A DNA stretch of 64,000 nt from Candidatus Bipolaricaulota bacterium (GTDB lineage: Bacteria; Bipolaricaulota; Bipolaricaulia; UBA7950; UBA9294), in assembly GCA_026390345.1 (NCBI GenBank), contig JAPLGD010000068.1, positions 24,078-88,077 on the forward strand, written 5' to 3'. The notes beneath the pieces are model-generated. The model was not told the DNA's origin and searched no databases. It saw nothing but the letters and a program-made list of their open reading frames with translations. This document shows positions 30,125-39,104 of the stretch, one piece after another (positions within the stretch are counted from its first letter, which is position 1; every line of letters starts with the position of its first letter). Both the position numbers and the translations under genes were made by a program.

Positions 30125-30727
30125 ATGATGAACAGGGGATCTGTCTGCAGTGTGCTCTTGATCGGCCTCGTGGTCGCGTGCGCGAGTAGCGCTGCCGGCG
30201 CGCTCGGACCTGCGCTCGCGTCGATCGGGTTCGGCGTCAGCGTTCCGTACGAACTCCCCGTCGACTGGGCCGCGTCGTTCTCGTTCGTCACGCTCGAGCT
30301 CCTGCTGTCCCCGCACCTCACAACGATGTTCGACCTCGGCACGTACCCGGCAACCTTCCCCGACATCTTCGAGGTCGGTGCGTCCCTCCTCGTCAAGGGC
30401 TGGGTAGGGCCGACGGACGTGTTCGGCGGAGGCGGCATCACGACCCAGTGGACCCGGGTCGGCTCGGCGTGGTCGATTCGGCCGCTCTGGAACCTACGGG
30501 CCGGCTACCAGATCTGGCTCGCGGAGGCCGCGGCGATCCAGCTTCAGTTTCGGGCACTCGAACCCCTCTACCTGAGCGACTGGACGTTCTCCCCGGAGAT
30601 CGCGCTCGGGTTCTGCGTTGGGCTGGGCAGCGCCCGTCCGGCGTCACCCCAGTTCGATCTGGCCTACCTCTGGCTCATCGTCGGACTCGGCGTCGCCGCG
30701 CTCCTTGCCTTTCTGCCGCGACAGTAG
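30125..30727 (+). CDS. Hypothetical exported beta-rich protein with C-terminal TM helix
   Basis: Signal peptide, alternating amphipathic strands, hydrophobic tail LWLIVGLGVAALLAFLPRQ. Confidence 0.6.
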   Translation: MMNRGSVCSVLLIGLVVACASSAAGALGPALASIGFGVSVPYELPVDWAASFSFVTLELLLSPHLTTMFDLGTYPATFPDIFEVGASLLVKGWVGPTDVFGGGGITTQWTRVGSAWSIRPLWNLRAGYQIWLAEAAAIQLQFRALEPLYLSDWTFSPEIALGFCVGLGSARPASPQFDLAYLWLIVGLGVAALLAFLPRQ

Positions 30728-30765
30728 GGCGCGGCCGCGGACCGTGAGCGGGAGAACCACTCGCC

Positions 30766-30794
30766 TTCACTGACTGGGACTGTTGTGCTATACT
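30766..30794 (+). promoter_or_regulatory. Sigma-70 promoter of the sigma factor gene
   Basis: TTCACT-17-TATACT with extended TG. Confidence 0.55.
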
Positions 30795-30936
30795 TGGGCA
30801 CGAGATTGACCCTTACTGAGGGGAAGAAGAAGCATCGCAGGTAGGAGCGCATACGCGAAGCCTGATCGGAGGCCGTTGGGGCCGTCCGGTTTCATTTCGA
30901 TAGCACCCCCACTTGGCATGCTGGCCAGGAGGAGCC

Positions 30937-31881
30937 ATGAAAGAGCCAAGGGCAACGATCAGCTTGAGCAAGAACTTGAGCACGAAGGCCAATGACGATC
31001 ACGACATTGACCTGATGGAAGATCGTCCCTCTCATGCAGACAACCCGATTCGCACCTACTTCGGAGAGATCAGCCGAGTCCCGCTGCTCACGCGCGAGGA
31101 CGAGGTACGGCTCGCGAAGCGCATCGAGGCCGGAGACCAGCGGGCCCGCGAGGAGCTCGCCGAGGCCAACCTCCGCCTCGTCGTGTCCATTGCCAAGAAG
31201 TACCGCGGCTGCGGGCTTCCGTTCCTCGACTTAATCCAGGAGGGAAACCTCGGCCTGATGAAGGCGATCGAGAAGTTCGACTACACCAAGGGGTATAAGT
31301 TCTCGACCTACGCCACGTGGTGGATCCGGCAAGCAATCCTGCGTGCGATCACGAACCGATCGCGCACGATCCGCGTGCCAACCCACATCAACGAGCTGAT
31401 CCGCAAGATCTACCAAGTGGAGCGGAACTTCCTCAAGGAGAACGGCGAACTGCCGACTCCGGAGAACCTCGCGCGCGCCCTCGAGACCACGGTCGACAAC
31501 ATCATCAAGGCCAAAAAGACGGCGCAGAGCATGACGTCGCTCGACACCCCGATTGGGTACGACGACGACGGGTCCGTGCTCGGCGACTTCATTGAGGATG
31601 CGACCGTCGAGTCCCCCGAGCGCGAGACTTTCGAGCACCTCTTGGTTGAGGAGCTCGAGCGGGCCCTCGACGAGCGGCTTACCGACCGCGAGAAGAGGAT
31701 CCTGGAACTGCGCTACGGGCTCAACGACTACCAGCCGAAGACGCTCGATGAGGTGGGGATCGAGTTCGGAATCAGCCGCGAGCGCGTGCGTCAGATCCAG
31801 AAGGAAGCCCTGGCGAAGCTTCAGGACTCGGACCTCAAGCAGCGTCTCGAGTGGTTCAAGCTTCTGTCGGAGGCGGCGTAG
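30937..31881 (+). CDS. RNA polymerase sigma-70 factor, RpoD/SigA-like, short N-terminus
   Basis: [63 protein letters not shown]. Confidence 0.93.
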   Translation: MKEPRATISLSKNLSTKANDDHDIDLMEDRPSHADNPIRTYFGEISRVPLLTREDEVRLAKRIEAGDQRAREELAEANLRLVVSIAKKYRGCGLPFLDLIQEGNLGLMKAIEKFDYTKGYKFSTYATWWIRQAILRAITNRSRTIRVPTHINELIRKIYQVERNFLKENGELPTPENLARALETTVDNIIKAKKTAQSMTSLDTPIGYDDDGSVLGDFIEDATVESPERETFEHLLVEELERALDERLTDREKRILELRYGLNDYQPKTLDEVGIEFGISRERVRQIQKEALAKLQDSDLKQRLEWFKLLSEAA

Positions 31882-34147
31882 CGGACGACGCGCCGTCTCC
31901 GAGTTCTTCCCGGTAGTCGCATTCCTTCGACGTGCAGCGAAGCTCCCCCTGTTTCTCGACGACAAGGCCGGTCCCACACGACGGACACGCCCTGACCGGG
32001 CGGTCGCTCACCGCAAAGCGGCACTTCGGGTAGCGGTTGCAGCTGTAGAACGCCCTCCGCCGCTTCGTCGAGTATTTCTCGATGAGCGTTCCTTCTCCGC
32101 ACTCCGGACACGCCACGCCCGTGGACACCGGCGCCGTCTCGGCGCAGTCGGCGCTCGTGCACCGGTAGTACCGCCCGTAGCGACCGGAGCGGAGCTCCAT
32201 ATCGCCACCGCACTTCGGGCACTCGACCGTCTCGATCACCGTGGCCGCGGCCTTCTCGAGTGCGTCCTTGGCCTTCACGCCGCTTGAGGTGTAGACGACC
32301 TCGAGGTTCGGGGGAACGTTGACGGTGCTCTTGCACTCGGGGTACCGCGAGCAGCCGAGGAAGTGGGTCCCCTTCCAGTAGCGAAGCTCCATCGGCGCGC
32401 CGCAGATGTCGCACAAGACGTCGGACGGGACCTGGAACGGGCGCTCTTCGCCGTCCTCGAGCTGCTTCTCAAGCGCCCCGAGGCGGGTTGAGAAAGGCCC
32501 GTAGAACTCATTCAGGGCGTCGACCCGCGACATCTGCCCTTCCTCGATCCGGTCGAGGTCCTCCTCCAAGTGGGCGGTGAAGTGGGGCTCCACGGTCTCG
32601 GCGAAGAAGCGATTCAGGAAATCCACGACCATCTGCCCGAGGAGCGTAGGGCGGAGGCTGCCGCCGTCCTTGATCGCGTACCCGCGCTCTTGGATCACGG
32701 AGACGATCGACGCGTAGGTACTCGGTCGGCCGATCCCCTCCTTCTCCAACAGATTCACGAGCCCGGCCTCGCTGTACCGCCGCGGTGGCTCCGTGTGCTT
32801 TTGCCGCTTCGCCACGGAAAGCAACTCAAGGGCCTTCCCCTTCCGAAGGTCCGGCGGGTATGGGGTCTCCTTGTCGCGCCGGTCGGGGAGGACGCGCAGG
32901 AATCCGTCGAACTCAAGCCGGCTCGCCGTCGCCTGCAGGGTAAACTCCCCCGCCGTGACGGTCAGCGTGCGCTGGCGGAACACCGACGGAGTCATCTGCG
33001 TAGCGAGGAACCTCCCGTAAATCAGTCGGTACAGCTTCAGCTGGTCCGCCGTGAGGTACGACGAGATCGCCTCGGGGGATCGCCCCACGTCGGTCGGGCG
33101 GATCGCCTCGTGCGCGTCCTGAGACCGCCGCTTGTTCTCGAACGTACGCACCTTGGGGGCGAGGTACTTCGGGCCGAACGTCTTCTCGATCTCCTCGCGC
33201 GCCGCCGTGACCGCCTCGTCGGAGAGGCGAACCGAGTCGGTTCGCATGTACGTAATCAGTCCCTCGTTCCCCTCAGGCAGGCTGATTCCCTCGTACAGCT
33301 CCTGGGCCACGCTCATCGTCCGCTTCGGCGAGAACCCGAGGAACGAGGACGCCGCCTGCTGAAGCGAGCTCGTGATAAACGGCGCAGCGGGGTTGCGGAG
33401 TCGGTCCTTCTCCTCGACGGAGGCGACGACCGCCTTGGCCTTCTTGAGTGCCTTCTCGACCGCGTCCGCCTCGGCCTGCGACCGCACCGTCAGCTTCTCG
33501 TCCCCGCGGTGCGTCACCGACGCGGTAAACATCTCGCCGTTCCCGAGCTCCGCGTCGATCTCCCAATACTCCTCCGGCACGAACTCGGCGATCTCGGCCT
33601 CGCGGTCGCAGAGGAATCTCAGCGCCACCGACTGGACGCGCCCGGCCGACAGCCCGGCGAACCGACTTCCCGCGAGGATCCTCGAAAGCAGCGGGCTCAC
33701 CATGTACCCCATGAGCCGATCGAGAATGCGCCGAGTGCGTTGGGCCTCGACCTTGTCGAGGTCGATCGCCTCCGGCTTGGCGAGTGCCGCCTGGATCACC
33801 GGCTTCGTGATCTCGTTGAAGATGGGTCGGGAGAACGCCTTCTCATCCTTCACGACCCGGTTCAGGATCGTGAACAGGTCGTAGGCGATCGCCTCTCCCT
33901 CCCGGTCGTGGTCGGTTGCGAGGTACACCTTGTCGACGCCCTCGGCCGCCTTGCGCAGCTCCGTCAGAAGCTTCGTCCGTTTCGTCTCGAACTTCGGCTC
34001 GAATCCGTTCTCGATGTCGACGCCGAGGTCGTTCTGCGGGAGGTCTCGCACGTGACCCTGCGACGACAGCACGCGGTACTCCTTCCCAAGGTACTGGCCG
34101 ATCGTGCGTGCTTTGGTCGGCGATTCGACGATGATCAGCTTCTTCAA
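31856..34147 (-). CDS. topA: DNA topoisomerase I
   Basis: IVESPTKA, ATDx[28 protein letters not shown]-terminal Zn ribbons. TTG start; TATAAT at 34180-34175. Confidence 0.95.
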   Translation of the reverse strand: MKKLIIVESPTKARTIGQYLGKEYRVLSSQGHVRDLPQNDLGVDIENGFEPKFETKRTKLLTELRKAAEGVDKVYLATDHDREGEAIAYDLFTILNRVVKDEKAFSRPIFNEITKPVIQAALAKPEAIDLDKVEAQRTRRILDRLMGYMVSPLLSRILAGSRFAGLSAGRVQSVALRFLCDREAEIAEFVPEEYWEIDAELGNGEMFTASVTHRGDEKLTVRSQAEADAVEKALKKAKAVVASVEEKDRLRNPAAPFITSSLQQAASSFLGFSPKRTMSVAQELYEGISLPEGNEGLITYMRTDSVRLSDEAVTAAREEIEKTFGPKYLAPKVRTFENKRRSQDAHEAIRPTDVGRSPEAISSYLTADQLKLYRLIYGRFLATQMTPSVFRQRTLTVTAGEFTLQATASRLEFDGFLRVLPDRRDKETPYPPDLRKGKALELLSVAKRQKHTEPPRRYSEAGLVNLLEKEGIGRPSTYASIVSVIQERGYAIKDGGSLRPTLLGQMVVDFLNRFFAETVEPHFTAHLEEDLDRIEEGQMSRVDALNEFYGPFSTRLGALEKQLEDGEERPFQVPSDVLCDICGAPMELRYWKGTHFLGCSRYPECKSTVNVPPNLEVVYTSSGVKAKDALEKAAATVIETVECPKCGGDMELRSGRYGRYYRCTSADCAETAPVSTGVACPECGEGTLIEKYSTKRRRAFYSCNRYPKCRFAVSDRPVRACPSCGTGLVVEKQGELRCTSKECDYREELGDGASSATPPPTEA

Positions 34148-34255
34148 TTCCCCAGGCTCCTTTCGAGTCGGCCCATTATACCGGCCGCCCCCGCCGTGTC
34201 GAGGGTCACGCGGCCCGAGCCTGTCGCCCTCTCCGGCGCGTTGTATCATGCGGTC

Positions 34256-35581
34256 GTGAGCGAGAGGAGCATTCGGCACGTCGTCGTTGAGGGACTTCCG
34301 GCCGTCGGCAAGACGGAAATCCTCGCTCTTTTGGCGCGCTTCTACCCCCAGTCGGTGCGCGTCCTCCCTGAGCTCGTGAAGGAGGTCGTCGAAGCGGAGG
34401 GAATTGACCTCTTCCGCGAGCGCGAACGGCTGACGGATGCTCTGCGCCGCGCGGGCCCCGAACGCGCGCGCCGCATTCGCGAGATCCTGTCGGCCGACCA
34501 CCTGTGCTTGGAGGAGTCTCACCTGGGCGTGCACTGCGCGTACTCTCAGGCGCTCGGAGACTCCTCGTTCCTGCGCGCCTACGAAGATCTCGCGGCGCGC
34601 CTTCCCGAGCCGGACCTCTACCTCCGCCTGGATCTTCCAATCGCGGAGTCGATCGCGCGGCAGGCCGCGCGCGGTACGCCCCAGTACGCGATCGACGCTT
34701 CGAGGCTCAGGCAATTCCTGGACGAGCTGACGGCCTGGCATGACGCGCGCCGCACGCGGCTCGTCACGATCGACGCGGATCGCCCCGCTGCCGTCGTCGT
34801 CGAAGCCGTCGAGCGCGCCCTCGGCCTCGACTACGCCCTGGACTGCGCTTCCGGCGAGCCGACCTTCGGCGTCCTCCTTCTCTTGGGCCGCCCCGCGAGC
34901 GGGAAGAGCGAATTCATCGACTTCATGTCCCGACTCCCGGCCGACGAGCGGGCCGCGTGCCACCACCTTGGACCCCTCGAGGTCATCGACGACTTCCCCA
35001 TTCTGTGGCGGAAGTTCGAAGAGGACGACGCGTGGGAGCGGCTCGGCCGCCCGCGACTCCACTCGAGGCGCGCGGACGACAACTACGCCGTCACCGACGA
35101 CGCCATCTGGGAGTTCCTAATCGACCGAATCGACGCAGCCGCCCGGGAAAGGCTAGCGCGCGGAGCCGGCTCGGCCGGAACCCTCCTGATCGAGTTCTCG
35201 CGCGGCGGGGCGCGAGGCTACGCGGACGCCTTCGCCGCGCTGTCGGACGACCTCCTGTCGAGGGCCGCCGTGCTCTACGTCTCGGTGTCCTTCGAGGAGT
35301 CGTGGCGACGGAACCTCGCCCGCTACGATGAGAACCGGCGGAGCGGCATCCTGACCCATTCCGTCCCGCGAGAGGAAATGGAGCGTACATACGGCGCCGA
35401 CGACTGGACGCGCCTCGCTCCCCACGAGTCCGGCCTCCTCGACGTCCGGGGTCTCCGGATCCCCTACGTGACCATGGGAAACGAGCCTGAGTCCACCGAT
35501 CCCCGCGTCCTCGGCCCCCGCTACGGACGCGCGCTCGGGCTTCTTTTCGCCCTCTGGGAGCGTCGACGAGCGCCGCGCTAG
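34256..35581 (+). CDS. Fusion of a nucleoside/nucleotide-kinase-like P-loop domain and a second uncharacterised P-loop domain
   Basis: Walker A motifs EGLPAVGKT and GRPASGKS; PDLYLRLD and IDADRP are TMPK-like. GTG start 6 nt after TATCAT. Confidence 0.75.
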   Translation: MSERSIRHVVVEGLPAVGKTEILALLARFYPQSVRVLPELVKEVVEAEGIDLFRERERLTDALRRAGPERARRIREILSADHLCLEESHLGVHCAYSQALGDSSFLRAYEDLAARLPEPDLYLRLDLPIAESIARQAARGTPQYAIDASRLRQFLDELTAWHDARRTRLVTIDADRPAAVVVEAVERALGLDYALDCASGEPTFGVLLLLGRPASGKSEFIDFMSRLPADERAACHHLGPLEVIDDFPILWRKFEEDDAWERLGRPRLHSRRADDNYAVTDDAIWEFLIDRIDAAARERLARGAGSAGTLLIEFSRGGARGYADAFAALSDDLLSRAAVLYVSVSFEESWRRNLARYDENRRSGILTHSVPREEMERTYGADDWTRLAPHESGLLDVRGLRIPYVTMGNEPESTDPRVLGPRYGRALGLLFALWERRRAPR

Positions 35582-36651
35582 GGAAGCACGTCGGTGAAGA
35601 CGCGCAGGAAGTTGCCGTGACAGACCTTGTCGATCTGCCGGTCGGAGAGCCCGGCGGCTCGGAAGAGCGGCACGAGCTTCGGGTAGTCGGCGACCGTCTC
35701 GATGCCGACGGGTAGCTGCTCGATCCCGTCGAGATCTCCTCCCAGCCCCACAACATCCTCTCCGCCGACTCGCATCGCGTGCAGAACGTGCGCCACAACC
35801 GAATCGAGGCCAGGGGCGGGAATCGCCGCTCTCTTGGCGGCGTAGTCGGCCGTCTCGGCGGGCGAGAGCGGCCGCGGCGTGCCTCCGCCCCGCACCGAAG
35901 CCCACGCCGCGGCGTACCCGGCGTCGAGGAAGTGCGGCGCAAGGTTGATTCCCATCACGCCGCCGCGGTTGGCAAGTCTCCGAATCATCGGGTCAGTTAG
36001 GTTTCGCGGGTGTAGGCACACGGCGCGGCAGTTCGAGTGGCTCGCGATGAACGGGCGGCGGCTCCTCTCACAGACATCGTCGAAGGCGCGGTCGGAGAGG
36101 TGGGAGACGTCGACCATGACCCGAAGCTCCTCGGAGAGCCCCAGGAGGCGCTCGCCCTCACGAGAGAGCGGCGCGTTCGAGCCAAACGCCGTGCCGCTGA
36201 ACGCATTGTCCTTCCACGCGAAGATGACCTGCCGAACTCCGCGATCGACGAACCTCCGCAGATTCTCCGCGCGGCCCTCGAGCGGGTCTGCGCCCTCGAG
36301 CCCCATGACAGCGGAGATCGGCCCCCCGTCGAGCGATCGTTTGAGGTCGGCGGCCGTGCGTGCGACCGTCATCCGGCCACCGGACTCCGCCGCCATGGCC
36401 GCGACTGCCTCGACCATGGCCCAGCCGCGCTCGACGTACACCCCGCTCGGCCAATTGGGGTAGACCACGCAGCAGGCGAATGCCTGCACGCGGACGTTCG
36501 CCGAGACAAGCCTCGGAAGCGAGACGTGCGCCGGGCTCGCCGCGGACTGGAAGTCAGCCCCCTCGTCGATCGACTTCATCACGGCGTCGCAGTGCGCGTC
36601 GAAGAAGGCCTGAGCAAGCACGTCGCGCGGCGCGGCCGTCGCGCGCGTCAT
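35578..36651 (-). CDS. Membrane dipeptidase (M19)
   Basis: DAHCD, GLEG, DVSHLS, ASHSN, RNLTD, GGDLDG. Confidence 0.9.
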   Translation of the reverse strand: MTRATAAPRDVLAQAFFDAHCDAVMKSIDEGADFQSAASPAHVSLPRLVSANVRVQAFACCVVYPNWPSGVYVERGWAMVEAVAAMAAESGGRMTVARTAADLKRSLDGGPISAVMGLEGADPLEGRAENLRRFVDRGVRQVIFAWKDNAFSGTAFGSNAPLSREGERLLGLSEELRVMVDVSHLSDRAFDDVCERSRRPFIASHSNCRAVCLHPRNLTDPMIRRLANRGGVMGINLAPHFLDAGYAAAWASVRGGGTPRPLSPAETADYAAKRAAIPAPGLDSVVAHVLHAMRVGGEDVVGLGGDLDGIEQLPVGIETVADYPKLVPLFRAAGLSDRQIDKVCHGNFLRVFTDVLP

Positions 36652-37028
36652 GGGACGAGGGCGACCGCCTCGATCTCGAGCGGAGCGTCGAGCGGAAGCC
36701 GGACGACCTGGATGGCCGACCGAGCGGGGAACGGCTCCTTGAACCGCTCCGCGTAGACCTGGTTCACGGCTGCGAAGTCGCCCATGTTCGTGAGGAACAC
36801 CGTCACCTTGACGACGTCGGCCATCGACGCGCCTCCGGCGACCAGAATGCTCTCTACGTTTGAGAGCGCCTGTCGGGCCGCGCTCTCGATGTCGCCCCGA
36901 ACCATCTCTCCGGCCGGCGTGAGCGGGATCTGACCCGACGTGAACAGGAACTGGCCGGCTCGGATCCCCTGCGAGTACGGTCCGACGGCGCCGGGCGCCT
37001 TGTCGGTGCGAATCACCTGCTTCTTCAC
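36648..37028 (-). CDS. ridA: RidA family imine deaminase
   Basis: APxAVGPYSQ, SGQIP, NQVY, PARS, LP..LEIE. Confidence 0.92.
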   Translation of the reverse strand: MKKQVIRTDKAPGAVGPYSQGIRAGQFLFTSGQIPLTPAGEMVRGDIESAARQALSNVESILVAGGASMADVVKVTVFLTNMGDFAAVNQVYAERFKEPFPARSAIQVVRLPLDAPLEIEAVALVP

Positions 37029-38206
37029 GCTCGGATCGCCCCCAGCTCCCGCCCGACCTGCGCAAACGCGTCGATGGCGAACTCCAGATCCTTTCGGCTG
37101 TGGCCAGCGGACATCATAACGCGGATTCGCGCCTTCCCCTGAGGCACCGTCGGGAAAGCGATCGCCGTCGCGAACACGCCGCGGGCGAACAGCGCCTTCG
37201 AGAACGACCACGCCGTCTCCGCTTCGCCAAGCATCACCGGCACGATCGGCGTCTCGCTCTTCCCTGTGTCGAACCCCAGCTTCTTGAGGGAGCTCTTGAA
37301 GAACTGGGCGTTCTCCCACAGGCGGCGCACCGGCTCGTCGCTCTTCTCGAGGATGTCGATCGCCTCGATGCATGCGGCCACGTCCGGCGGCGTCGCCGCG
37401 GACGAGAAGAGGAAGGGTCGCGCCCGCTGGCGGAGGTACTCGATAACCTTCGCGCTTCCCGCCACGTATCCCCCCATCACGCCGAATGCCTTCGACATCG
37501 TCCCACACTCAATGTCCACCCGTCCGTGGAGATTGAAGTGGTCGACGATGCCCCGTCCGTGGCTTCCCAGGACGCCTTCCCCGTGCGCGTCGTCGACCAT
37601 CACGATCGCCTCGTACGCGTCGGCCAAATCGACGATCTTCGGAAGCGGTGCGATGTCTCCGTCCATCGAGAACACCCCGTCCGTCACGATCAGCTTCTTC
37701 GCGGCCGCGCGCTTCTCCTCGAGCAGCTTCGCGAGCGTCTCCGTGTCGCGGTGCGGGTAGATCACGCGCGTCGCCTTCGTCAGACGCACGCCGTCGATAA
37801 TCGACGCGTGGTTGAGCTCGTCGGTGAACACGATGTCATCCTTGTCCAACAGAAGCGGAAGCACGGAGAGGTTCGTGTTCAGGCCGGACTGCACGGAGAG
37901 CGCGGCCTCGGTTCCCTTGAACCGCGCGATTCGCCGCTCCAGCTCGACGTGAAGGCTCATCGTCCCGGCAATCGAGCGCACGGCGGCCGGCCCGACGCCG
38001 TACTCGTCAATCGCTCGCTTCGCCGCGTCTCGCAACCGTTGGTCGTCAGCGAAGCCAAGGTAGTTGTTCGAGCACAGGTTCAAGACCCGCCGACCTTCGA
38101 TCTGCACCCACGCGCCGACCGAACTCTCGATCGTGCGAATCGTGTTGTAGAGCCCCTTCTCGCGCAGGTCCGCGAGGGCTTCGTCGACGAACGTCAGCTT
38201 CCCCAT
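37025..38206 (-). CDS. kbl: Glycine C-acetyltransferase (Kbl/BioF family)
   Basis: [43 protein letters not shown]. Confidence 0.85.
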   Translation of the reverse strand: MGKLTFVDEALADLREKGLYNTIRTIESSVGAWVQIEGRRVLNLCSNNYLGFADDQRLRDAAKRAIDEYGVGPAAVRSIAGTMSLHVELERRIARFKGTEAALSVQSGLNTNLSVLPLLLDKDDIVFTDELNHASIIDGVRLTKATRVIYPHRDTETLAKLLEEKRAAAKKLIVTDGVFSMDGDIAPLPKIVDLADAYEAIVMVDDAHGEGVLGSHGRGIVDHFNLHGRVDIECGTMSKAFGVMGGYVAGSAKVIEYLRQRARPFLFSSAATPPDVAACIEAIDILEKSDEPVRRLWENAQFFKSSLKKLGFDTGKSETPIVPVMLGEAETAWSFSKALFARGVFATAIAFPTVPQGKARIRVMMSAGHSRKDLEFAIDAFAQVGRELGAIRA

Positions 38207-38261
38207 CGAAGACACCTCCACACTCCGGCGTGCGAACTCACACTCCGAGCTTGAACCGTTC

Positions 38262-38615
38262 TCACTTCCCCGCACTCTCGAGATCGTCGAGGAAGGCGAA
38301 CGCGCGGCGCAGGTGCGGAATGGCGGTGGAGCCCCCCGCAACGAGTGCCACGGAGAGCGCTTCCACCACTTCCTCCCGTGAGGCTCCAACGTCGTGGAGC
38401 TGCTGCAGGTGGTAGTGGATACAGTCGTCGCAGCGAAGGACGGCTGAGGCGACGAGGCCGAGAAGCTCCTTGTCCTTGCGAGAGAGTGCTCCGTCGGCGT
38501 ACACATCGCCGTCCAGCGCAAGGAAGCGTCGCATGGGAAGGTTCGCCGCCTTGAGCAACCGCTCCTGTCCCTCCGCCCGACGCTCCACAAATCCCCGGAC
38601 CGACTCGTCCAGCAT
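38262..38615 (-). CDS. Carboxymuconolactone decarboxylase/AhpD family protein
   Basis: [21 protein letters not shown]. Confidence 0.88.
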   Translation of the reverse strand: MLDESVRGFVERRAEGQERLLKAANLPMRRFLALDGDVYADGALSRKDKELLGLVASAVLRCDDCIHYHLQQLHDVGASREEVVEALSVALVAGGSTAIPHLRRAFAFLDDLESAGK

Positions 38616-38618
38616 GGC

Positions 38619-39104
38619 CTACTCCTCCGCCTCGTGCGCTCCAGAGCCTTCGGGCCGCCTCGCCTCGAGGAACGCGTCGGCCTCGTCGAGGACCCGACGG
38701 CTCTCTGCGTGGGTGAGCTTCGCGCGGGCCCGATCGAGGTCAAGCCACTCGGCCTCATCGTGCTCGTTCGAAAGCCGCACCAAGGTCACATCGGTTTGCC
38801 CGAGGAAGTAGTCGACGGTCTTCTCAAGTCTCCGCCCTCCGCGGACCACGCGGTAGCGGCTGCGCACCGCGAACCCGGGCACCGAAGTCACGTCGGAGAT
38901 CCCCGTCTCTTCGCCGATCTCGCGCAGCGCGGCCTCCAACTGGCTCTCGCCAGCTTCGATCCGCCCTTTCGGGAAGCCCCAGTGGCCTCCGTCCCGGTGG
39001 AGGAGGATCAGGTAGACCCGTCCGCCGCCCGCCTCGCGGAAGACGACGAATCCCGCCGCCCGCTCCTCCCCGTCCGGACTATGGGATGTCGACTTCGTAT
39101 CCAC
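38619..39104 (-). CDS. NUDIX hydrolase (Ap4A hydrolase-like)
   Basis: HWGFPKG, Nudix box [22 protein letters not shown]. Start uncertain; overlaps the rpoB 3' end. Confidence 0.85.
   Translation of the reverse strand: MDTKSTSHSPDGEERAAGFVVFREAGGGRVYLILLHRDGGHWGFPKGRIEAGESQLEAALREIGEETGISDVTSVPGFAVRSRYRVVRGGRRLEKTVDYFLGQTDVTLVRLSNEHDEAEWLDLDRARAKLTHAESRRVLDEADAFLEARRPEGSGAHEAEE

Noticed and set aside
32570..34255. 1003-aa and 1068-aa overlapping ORFs around topA
   Set aside because: The extensions are antisense shadows of each other in high-GC DNA. Real starts are 34147 (-) and 34256 (+), with divergent -10 boxes between them.
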